Source: Acidimicrobiia bacterium (GTDB lineage: Bacteria; Actinomycetota; Acidimicrobiia; Spongiisociales; UBA5794). From it: a DNA stretch of 64,000 bases. The stretch spans positions 8,730-72,729 of the forward strand of contig JAOZRW010000005.1 of assembly GCA_029939995.1 (NCBI GenBank). The letters are read 5' to 3'. The position numbers and the translations under genes are program-made. This document shows, piece by piece, positions 37,407-45,800 of the stretch. The notes under the pieces are model-generated. The model saw only the letters and a list, made by a program, of their open reading frames with translations. It was not told the DNA's origin and searched no databases. Each line of letters begins with the position of its first letter. Positions within the stretch are counted from its first letter, which is position 1.

Positions 37407-38518
37407 CCGATCCACTCGAATCCGACGCCGGCGGCGCGGCGATCCCGAAGGCACCCAAGACACCGATGTGGAGGCGCCTGCTCCAAACCGGTGTCACGAT
37501 CGCGGTGCTCGCGCTGGTCTTCGGCTTCGTTCTCCCGAAACTGGCCGACTACGGAACCGTCCTGGACCTCGTCGGGGACATCTCCACGGGCCAGTGGGCC
37601 GTGCTGGCCGTCTCGGCGGGGTGGTTCCTCGTCGCCTACGTGTTCGTGTTCCTCGCGACCCTGCCCGGGCTGCGATTCCGGGAGGGTTTCGTCGTCCAAA
37701 CGACCGCAACCGCGATCAACAACTCGCTCCCGGCGGGCGGCGCCATCGCTCTCCCGATCACGTACACGCAGTTCCTGTCGTGGGGTTTCACGCCGGAAGC
37801 GGTGACGGCGGCGCTCCTCACCGCCGGAGTGTGGGACCAACTGGCCAGGTTGGCCCTCCCCGTCCTGGCCGTCGCCCTGATCGCTCTCACGGGGGACGCG
37901 ATCTGGTGGATGTGGCTCGTATCGTTCGGCGGCGTCGTGGTCGTCGTCGGTGCCGTTTGGCTCGTCGCTCTCGTGCTCCGTTCGGAGGCTGCCGCGATCG
38001 GTCTGGGCACGTGGCTCGACAAGATCGCCAACTGGGGTCTCCGGAAGATCCATCGCGACCCGGTCGACATGGTCTCCGCCACACTGCAGTTCCGGGACAA
38101 CGTCCGCCACGTCGCCCGGTTCCGTTGGAAGTGGGTGACGATCGCAACGGTCGCGAACCACGCCTCGATGGCGACGCTCTTCTACGCGTCGGTCAGGGCG
38201 GTCGGCATCTCGAGCGCGGACGTGTCGGCTCCCTGGATCCTCCTCGCGTTCTCCCTCGGACGTCTGCTGGTGATGATCCCGGTGAGCCCCGGCGGGCTCG
38301 GCCTCGTCGATCTCGGTTTCATCGGCCTTCTCTCGTTGGGATGGGGGGTCGGCGCCGACGCCGACCTGATCGCGGCGGGCGTGCTGCTCTACCGGGCTCT
38401 GTCGTATCTGCCGCCGATCGCGGTCGGTCTCGGCTCGTGGATCTTCTGGCGGGTCAACCGGAGCTGGCGACGGGATTGGAAGACCGACCGCCGCGGCGAA
38501 GCCCCCACCACCCCCTGA
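37403..38518 (+). CDS. Lysylphosphatidylglycerol-synthase TM-region-like (UPF0104 / flippase-like) membrane protein
   Basis: 372 aa, about 8 TM helices; ATG overlaps the SDR stop (ATGA). Confidence 0.65.
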   Translation: MTDPLESDAGGAAIPKAPKTPMWRRLLQTGVTIAVLALVFGFVLPKLADYGTVLDLVGDISTGQWAVLAVSAGWFLVAYVFVFLATLPGLRFREGFVVQTTATAINNSLPAGGAIALPITYTQFLSWGFTPEAVTAALLTAGVWDQLARLALPVLAVALIALTGDAIWWMWLVSFGGVVVVVGAVWLVALVLRSEAAAIGLGTWLDKIANWGLRKIHRDPVDMVSATLQFRDNVRHVARFRWKWVTIATVANHASMATLFYASVRAVGISSADVSAPWILLAFSLGRLLVMIPVSPGGLGLVDLGFIGLLSLGWGVGADADLIAAGVLLYRALSYLPPIAVGLGSWIFWRVNRSWRRDWKTDRRGEAPTTP

Positions 38519-38639
38519 CGTCACGAACCCAGGGTTCTCTGCGTTGTATATGCCGTCTCCGGCCCGCGGTTCGCGAGGCCGCTCCATACCGCGGGCTCAG
38601 GACGTCAAATAGGGCGCAGAGAACCCTGGGTTCGTGACG
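38519..38639. repeat. 121-bp palindromic repeat element, copy 1
   Basis: Perfect 25-bp terminal inverted repeats CGTCACGAACCCAGGGTTCTCTGCG / CGCAGAGAACCCTGGGTTCGTGACG, each containing the 13-bp palindrome GAACCC(A/T)GGGTTC; begins 1 nt after a TGA stop, between convergent genes. Confidence 0.85.
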
Positions 38640-38647
38640 GGGTGGGG

Positions 38648-39202
38648 TTAGAAGATCGCGGCGATGACGATCGACACGGCCTGCTGCAGGGCGATCCACA
38701 CGACCCAGCCGCCGAGCGCGGTGCCGATCGCGCGACCGGTGGTGAAGTCCAGGCCTTCGCGGAGAGCGACCACCGACGCCGCCAGCACCCACACGGCGGC
38801 AACCGGACCGAGGAACGGGATGATGCCGATGACCCGCGGCGCCTGGGCGAACCCCAACACGCGCAGCATCTCCCCCATGTCGGTCGTTCCCCGGAAGATC
38901 CGGGTTCCGATCAACGACGTCGTGGCGGCCCACACGATCCAACCGCCGACGGCGAGCACGACGCCGGCCCCGACCATGAAGAGGACACCGCCGTCGCTCG
39001 GGATCGGGAAGTCACCGGGTCCGAGCCACCGCCTGATGGAGTTCCAAAGGTCCTCGCCGACGGTGTTCTCGTACCCGATCCAGGATCCGACGGCGGCGAG
39101 CGCATTGGCGAGCACGACCACGCCGAACGCCTGGAGGTTCAGCGCCGGGGCGTGCTCGGCGTGATTGAAGAACGCAACGTCGAGCGATGCCGCTTTGATC
39201 AT
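38648..39202 (-). CDS. Yip1-family membrane protein
   Basis: About 184 aa from MIKAASLDVAFF...; five TM segments with the Yip1 domain pattern. Confidence 0.6.
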   Translation of the reverse strand: MIKAASLDVAFFNHAEHAPALNLQAFGVVVLANALAAVGSWIGYENTVGEDLWNSIRRWLGPGDFPIPSDGGVLFMVGAGVVLAVGGWIVWAATTSLIGTRIFRGTTDMGEMLRVLGFAQAPRVIGIIPFLGPVAAVWVLAASVVALREGLDFTTGRAIGTALGGWVVWIALQQAVSIVIAAIF

Positions 39203-39251
39203 GTTCCGGATCACGAACGTCCTCCGATCGGTGCCGCAACCATAGGTGCCG

Positions 39252-40109
39252 TCAACGACTTTCGATCCACCGACGGAGGGCGGCGCCGATGTCACCGGGA
39301 GCGTCTTCCTGGATGAAGTGCGTGCCGGTAACCGTCACCTCGATCTGGTTCGGCCACGTCCGGCAGAACGCTCGTCGGGCCCCCACGAGGATCGCCCCGG
39401 GGTCGGCGTTGACGAACAGTTTGGGAACCTCACTCTGAGCGAGCCACTCCCCGTAGCTCTCGACGATGCCCGCGACGTCGGCCGGTTCGCCATCGATCGG
39501 GATCTCCCTGGGCCAGGTCAGCGTCGGCCGCCGGCCTTCACCGGGGTTGAGATACGGGCGGCGGTACTCGGCCATCTCTTCGTCGGAGAGGGTGCGCAGG
39601 ATCGAGGCCGGAAGAATCCGCTCGACGAAGACGTTCTTCTCCAACACGATCTCCTCACCGGCCGGCGAACGCATCGCTTCGAAGATGGCACGGGACGGCT
39701 GCGGCCACTCGTCCCACGTCACAGGGCGAACGATGGCTTCCATGTACGCGATCCCGGCAACGGCGTCGCGATGCCGGTTCGCCCAGTCGAACCCCAGGCC
39801 GGAGCCCCAGTCGTGGACGACGAGCGTCACCGACTCGTGGATGCCGACGGCGTCGAAGAACGCGTCCAGATACCTCCGGTGGTCTGCGAACCGGTACGCC
39901 AGATCTGCGACCTTGTCCGAGTCGCCCATCCCGATCAGATCGGGAGCGATGCAGCGACCCAGATCGGAGACGTGCGGGATCACGTTCCTCCAGAGATACG
40001 ACGAGGTCGGGTTGCCGTGCAGGAACACGATCGGGTCACCCTCGCCCACGTCCACGTAGGCCATCTCCGATCCGAGCACTCCGACGCGACGCTTCTTCGG
40101 GGTCTCCAT
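39252..40109 (-). CDS. dhaA: Haloalkane dehalogenase, HLD-II subfamily (DhaA-like)
   Basis: Near-identical blocks to Rhodococcus DhaA: PIVFLHGNPTSSYLWRNVIPHV, CIAPDLIGMGDSDK, LVVHDWGSGLGFDWA (nucleophile Asp in HDWGS), ...GTHFIQEDAP catalytic His. Confidence 0.9.
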   Translation of the reverse strand: METPKKRRVGVLGSEMAYVDVGEGDPIVFLHGNPTSSYLWRNVIPHVSDLGRCIAPDLIGMGDSDKVADLAYRFADHRRYLDAFFDAVGIHESVTLVVHDWGSGLGFDWANRHRDAVAGIAYMEAIVRPVTWDEWPQPSRAIFEAMRSPAGEEIVLEKNVFVERILPASILRTLSDEEMAEYRRPYLNPGEGRRPTLTWPREIPIDGEPADVAGIVESYGEWLAQSEVPKLFVNADPGAILVGARRAFCRTWPNQIEVTVTGTHFIQEDAPGDIGAALRRWIESR

Positions 40110-40134
40110 CAGTTGGAGAGGCTAGCGAGGACCG

Positions 40135-40869
40135 ATGCCGCGGCTGCGAGCGATAGCATCCCCCCACGTGCCACCTCCCCCCGAGATCATCCGCCGCTCT
40201 CTGCTCGCCGGGGTTCGCGACGTCTCCGGCGCGGTGATCGTGATCGACACGTTTCGCGCGTTCACGACCGCGGCATTCCTCTACGACCGCGGCGTGTCGC
40301 GTATCGTGCTCGCCGAATCCCTCGACGAGGCCCGAGAGATCGCATCGACGATCCCGGGTTCGCTCCTCTGCGGCGAGGAGGCCGGCCGACGACCCGACGA
40401 CTTCTCGCTCGGCAACTCCCCGACCGAAGTCGAACGTGCCGGCGACCTCGAAGGCCGTACCGTGGTCATGCGCACTTCGTCGGGAACGAGAGCCGTCGTC
40501 GGAGCTCTCCGCTCGGGGGCCGACCCCGTTTACGCCGCAGGCCTCGTCGTAGCGGGCGCCACAGCAGCGGCCGTGCGCCGCTACGCCCGGGTCACGATCG
40601 TCGCGTCGGGACTCGGAGGAGCGGCCACCGCCGATGAGGATGAGGAAACAGCCGGCCTCATCGCCGGACGCATCGTCGGACATGCGGATGATCCGCACGT
40701 GATCGACCGGATCCGGGCAGGAAGCGGGGCCGACCGGCTGCGAACGACGGCGTGGATCGATCCCGGCGATCTGGACCGATGCCTCGAGACGGATCGCTTC
40801 CCGTTCGCGCTCGCCGCATCGGCGGAGGCGGGGCTCGTCGTACTACGCCGGGTGACACCGTCTCCGTAA
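40135..40869 (+). CDS. comB: 2-phosphosulfolactate phosphatase family protein (ComB-like)
   Basis: VIVIDTFRAFTTAAF and ...LCGE... motifs of the ComB family. Confidence 0.7.
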   Translation: MPRLRAIASPHVPPPPEIIRRSLLAGVRDVSGAVIVIDTFRAFTTAAFLYDRGVSRIVLAESLDEAREIASTIPGSLLCGEEAGRRPDDFSLGNSPTEVERAGDLEGRTVVMRTSSGTRAVVGALRSGADPVYAAGLVVAGATAAAVRRYARVTIVASGLGGAATADEDEETAGLIAGRIVGHADDPHVIDRIRAGSGADRLRTTAWIDPGDLDRCLETDRFPFALAASAEAGLVVLRRVTPSP

Positions 40870-40875
40870 GCGGCG

Positions 40876-41103
40876 ATGGTGACGGCGCTCAAGATTCGGT
40901 CCCGCGATGCCGATACTCAACCCATGTTGTGGAAGAGACGGCGCGACGAGGGTCAAACACGAGCCGACCTAGCACGCCATCAAGAGGCAACGGCAACGCG
41001 GTTGAAGGGCGTTCTCTCCCGCGAGTACGACTTCTCGGATCAGGACCCGAAAGAGGTCGAAGCCCGCCTCAGGAACATGGTCTACGGAACCAGCCGCCGG
41101 TAG
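40876..41103 (+). CDS. Small hypothetical protein (75 aa)
   Basis: ORF only; charged, no recognisable motif. Confidence 0.2.
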   Translation: MVTALKIRSRDADTQPMLWKRRRDEGQTRADLARHQEATATRLKGVLSREYDFSDQDPKEVEARLRNMVYGTSRR

Positions 41104-41123
41104 TCACCGATGCGCCGGTCCGC

Positions 41124-41633
41124 TCAGGATCCGGCGCTTTCACGCGGGTGGAAGAAGGCGGCGATCTGCGCTGCCGCGGCGACGAGCCCGCCTGCAACGA
41201 TCGCAGCCCCGACCGCACCGTTGAGCGCCGTATCGATTCCGATCACGGCGTCGAGGGAGAAGGCCCCCGGGCCGCCGATCGCGATCGCCGCGCCGACGCT
41301 GCCGAGCACGAGAACGTACTCCCACCCTTCGTCGGGACGTGCCGTGACCCAGAACCCCACAGCCCGGTGAACGGTCCAGAACGCCACGAACATCACCGCT
41401 ACGAGACCGGCCGCGGCGAGCGACGTTCCGAGACCGACGATGAGGAGCACTCCGACGCCGATCTCGGTTGCCGTCGATGCGAACCACTGCAGCTGCGGTG
41501 CGCGGAATCCGATGCTTCCGAACCAGTTGCTCGTCTTCGCGCGACCCCGCGCGTGCTTGATCCCGTGCACCAGGATCACGGCTCCCGCTACAGCGCGTAG
41601 CAAGGCCATCGCCCAGTCGGTTGCTTCGAACAT
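41124..41633 (-). CDS. DoxX-family membrane protein
   Basis: About 169 aa from MFEATDWAMALLRAVAGAVILVHG...; four TM helices. Confidence 0.7.
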   Translation of the reverse strand: MFEATDWAMALLRAVAGAVILVHGIKHARGRAKTSNWFGSIGFRAPQLQWFASTATEIGVGVLLIVGLGTSLAAAGLVAVMFVAFWTVHRAVGFWVTARPDEGWEYVLVLGSVGAAIAIGGPGAFSLDAVIGIDTALNGAVGAAIVAGGLVAAAAQIAAFFHPRESAGS

Positions 41634-41831
41634 GTTCCCATCCCTTCGTCCCATGCGGCGGAAGCACCGACCCGGCTGCCGGTGCGATTCAACTCCGGTG
41701 CGGTCGTGTCTTCTCTCGTTCTGTAGGGGGAACAGTGACTAGCCCGTTTCTTGTTCCCAGGTTGACCCTGTACGCAGCGCCGACGTACCGGTACGATCGC
41801 CATGGGCAACGAATGATGGGAAGGAAGATCC

Positions 41832-42773
41832 ATGAACCTCGAGGCGATCGATGTGGAAGAGAAGACGTTCGACGTCGTTCGCCGCGGTTACGACCAGATG
41901 CAGGTGGCCGAGTTCCTGAAGAAGGTCGGCGACGCGATGGCCCGTCTCGAAGATCGAATCAAGATCGCCGAGGTGCGTTCCGAGCATCTCGACCGGGAAC
42001 TTCGCGACGTGCGAACCCGGGCGGAATCGACCATCCAGGAAACCGTCCTCGCTCGCGCCGAGCTCATCAAGGCTGCCGCAGAAGGCTCCCCTTCGACCGG
42101 CGGTGGGGTCGCGCAGGCCCCATCGGTGGAGCTCTCGACCATCGAAGCCCAGCAGATCATCGAACAAGCAACGCGCCATGCTGCAGCGATCCAGGCCGAA
42201 GCCGAGGCCGTCTTGCAGGGAGCGCTCTCCACGTCGTCGAAGATCAACGAAGATCGAGACGAGCTGCTGGGGTCGGTCGAAGCGGAACGGCTCGCGCTCC
42301 TCGCAGCGGCTGAGGCGGAAGCGGAAGCGATCAGAGCCGCAGCCAGGGAAGAGGCCGAGAGCGCACGAGCGCACGGAGCGATGCGAGCACGTGAGATCCG
42401 CAGCGAAGCCGAGGCCGAAGCCGAAGCGATGATCCTGATGGCCGAGAAGCGCTCATCTGAGATCGTGGCGGCGGCGGAACGCAAGTGGAGCGAGTCGGTT
42501 TCCGAAGCCCCGATGTCGTCTCTGGAAGCCCGGGTGGCCCGGGGAGAAGCTGAGTCGAAGCCCGACGAGCCGGCCGCGGAGAAAGCCGGGAGCGACGATG
42601 CCGAAGAGCTGACCGTTGATCTGCGGGAGGAGAAGCGATCTCGAACGCCGGAACCTGCCGGACGGGCTACGAGAACGTCCCGGTACAAGTCGCGGTCGGC
42701 GAATCTGCCGCGGCTCGGGGACGACGCGTCATCGGTGATCGGCTCGCTCGACTCGCTCCGATCCAAGGAGTAG
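41832..42773 (+). CDS. DivIVA-domain coiled-coil protein
   Basis: N-terminal FDVVRRGYDQMQVAEFL, the DivIVA signature, then a long Ala/Glu-rich coiled coil. Confidence 0.8.
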   Translation: MNLEAIDVEEKTFDVVRRGYDQMQVAEFLKKVGDAMARLEDRIKIAEVRSEHLDRELRDVRTRAESTIQETVLARAELIKAAAEGSPSTGGGVAQAPSVELSTIEAQQIIEQATRHAAAIQAEAEAVLQGALSTSSKINEDRDELLGSVEAERLALLAAAEAEAEAIRAAAREEAESARAHGAMRAREIRSEAEAEAEAMILMAEKRSSEIVAAAERKWSESVSEAPMSSLEARVARGEAESKPDEPAAEKAGSDDAEELTVDLREEKRSRTPEPAGRATRTSRYKSRSANLPRLGDDASSVIGSLDSLRSKE

Positions 42774-42811
42774 CCGGACGCGGGAATCGGTGTCCCCCGC
42801 CCGACGCCGCT

Positions 42812-45800
42812 TCATGACAGAAGGCTGCCCACCTGCCGTATGGCCACGACCATCGCCGCGGTGTCCGACACGCCGTCCTTCCTGAGAAGGCTCATGAGCC
42901 GTGAGAGCCGTTCCTGAGCGACGGACGTGTCGGCCACGAACACGGTGAAGCCGTGCTCGACGTCACCGTCACCGGCTGCTTCGAGCACCCGCTCGACGAT
43001 CGCGCGGCGGAGGCTCATCAACTCCTGCTCGAGGCTGAGCGTCGCCCACCGTTGCCACCGGGTCTGCGATGGGAGGCTCTCGATCTGGCGCTCCAGCCAG
43101 TCGATGTGGAACACGTGGCCGACCCGGTAGAAGGCCGTTCCTGCTTCGAGAAGCGACCGTCCGGTGTTCGCCGCCACGTCGATGATGTCCGGTGCGTGCA
43201 CGAGCTCGACCTGGTAGATGTGATCCACGGCGATCCGTTCGGGGACACCCTTGTCGGTGAGCCGCCGCACCTTGCGCTCGAGACGGTTCTTCCACTGCTT
43301 CGGCCCCATCGTCCGGATCTCCTGCGAGATCTCCTCGAAGCCCGTCCCGTACCGATCGATCAGAGCGATGATCCCGCCGGTCTCGCCCCGGGCGATGAAC
43401 CAGCGGGTGAGCGTCTCGACGAGTTGGTCGACGCCGGCGAGGAGATCGATGACCACGTCGGCCGCGACCGAGCCGGCGAGCGCCTCGATCTCGCGCCAGC
43501 GCCGCGACGCACCGGCAACGCCCCGTGCCGCCCGGTACGCGCTGACGATCTCGGCCGCGCCCGCGCCCGTCTCCGCCTGCACGCGCGACACGAACGTGAT
43601 CCCCTGGGAGTTCAGCATCTCGTTCGCCACGATCGTGGCGATGAGTTGCCGTCGCAGCGGGTGCTCGAGAATCTGGGCCTGGAACCGGTTCGCGATCTCC
43701 TCCGGGAAGTACCCGGTCAGGAGGTCCTCGAAGAAGGCCATCTCCGGCAGCTCCGAATCGACGAGCTCGTCGACGAGGTGCCGTTTCGCGTACGCGAGCA
43801 GAACGGCCAGCTCCGGTCGCGCCATCCCCCGCCCGGCGCGCATGCGATCGAAGATCACCTCGGTCGAGGGAAGCACCTCGATCTCCCGGTCGAGCCCCGC
43901 TTCCGCCTCGAGACGTGCCATGAGGTCTTCGTACGCTTCCATGCGCCCGCTCGACACGGCCGCTTCCTGCGAGAGGATCTGCGCCTGTTGGAAGTTGTCG
44001 TACACGATCGCCGCGACCACGTCGTCCGATACCGATCCGATGAGCGTGTTGCGCTCCTCGCGCGTCAACTCCCCGGATCGCTCGGCCATCCGGAGCAGGA
44101 TCTTCAGATTGACCTCCCGATCCGAACAGTGCACGCCTCCGCTGTTGTCGATGAAATCGGTGAAGATCCGCCCGCCGGCCCGGTCGTACTCGATGCGACC
44201 CGCCTGGGTGAATCCGAGGTTCCCTCCCTCGCCGACGACCCGGCACCGGAGCTCGCGGCCGTTGACGCGAACGGCGTCGTTCGACCGGTCTTGCGCGTCT
44301 TCGTTCGTCTCCGTCGACGCCTTGACGTAGGTTCCGATACCGCCGTTCCAGAGCAGATCGACGGGTGCGAGCAGGATCGCGGAGATGAGTTCGGTCGGTG
44401 TCATCGCGTCGTCGGTGGTGCCCAGAGCGGATTTCATCTCGTCGGTGAGATCGATCCGCTTCAGCGACCGGGGGAACACGCCTCCACCCGGGGAGATCAC
44501 GCTCCGGTCGTAGTCGTCCCATGAGGAACGTCCGAGCGCGGCGAGCCGCTCGCGCTCGGCGAACGAACGCTCGGGATCGGGGTCGGGATCGATGAAGATG
44601 TGCCGGTGATCGAACGCGGCGATCAGCTTGATCGTGCGGGACAGGAGCATCCCGTTGCCGAAGACGTCGCCCGACATGTCCCCGACGCCGACGACCGTGA
44701 ACGGATCCGTCTCGATGTCGAGGTCCAGATCCATGAAGTGCCGGCGAACGGATTCCCATGCTCCGCGCGCCGTGATGCCGAGCGCCTTGTGGTCGTACCC
44801 GGATGACCCGCCCGACGCGAACGCGTCGTCGAGCCAGAAGTCGACGTCGGCGGCGATCGCGTTCGCCATGTCCGAGAACGTGGCCGTCCCCCGGTCCGCC
44901 GCTACGACGAAGTAGGGGTCGTCACCGTCGAGCACCCGGACGCCCGTGGGGTGCACGACGTTGCCGCCGTCGAGATTGTCGGTGATGTCGAGCAGCGACC
45001 GGATGAACGTCCGGTATCCGCTCTTCACTTCGTCGAACGTCGGACCGGTCGAAGGGTCGGCCACGGTGCGTATCACGAACCCGCCCTTCGCCCCCGTTGG
45101 GACGATCACGGCGTTCTTCGTCATCTGCGCCTTCATGAGGCCCAGCACTTCGGTGCGATAGTCCTCCCGTCTCACCGACCAGCGGATCCCTCCGCGGGCT
45201 ACCGGTCCGCCGCGGAGATGGACGCCGGCGACGGCGGGAGCGAAGACGAAGATCTCGTACATCGGCCGCGGGTCCGGGATGTCCGGGACCCGGTCCGACA
45301 GGAACTTGAACGCGATCGCTCCGTTGCCGATGAACGCGGTCGTTCGGACCGTGGCATTGATCAAACCGAGGAACGCCCGGAGGATCCGGTCTTCATCGAG
45401 CGAAGCGACCGCATCGAGACGTTCGATCAACGAGCCTCTGAGCTCCTCCTCCTCCGTCTCGTCCGCATCGGGACCGAACCTCAACTCGAACAGCCGGACG
45501 AGATCACCGGTGATGTCGGGATGCGCCGCGAACGCCGCAGCGACGTAGGGCTTCGAGAACGCCGGGTTCACCAGGTGCCAGTACGAACGGTACGCCCGCA
45601 GGATGTTGATCTGACGGTGGTCGAGATCGGTCAGTATCAGCAGCCTGCTGAGACCATCCGACTCGGTTTCACCCAGGAGCGCCGCGGTGAGCGCCGCGGC
45701 GACCCGGACCCCGCAGGCGTCGACGTCGACCTGATTCCCGTCGGATCCGAGAACGCCGAAGTCGTGCAGGTACATCTCGTCGTCACCGTCGCCCGACAGG

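Noticed and set aside
36342-37463. 373-aa minus-strand ORF opposite the SDR gene
   Set aside because: Antisense of a clear SDR (TGGNSGIG, YxxxK) on the plus strand.
42774-42811. Possible terminator between convergent DivIVA and gdhB genes
   Set aside because: Only a weak imperfect stem (cgggaatcggtgtcccccgcccg) with no clear hairpin or T tract; not supportable.
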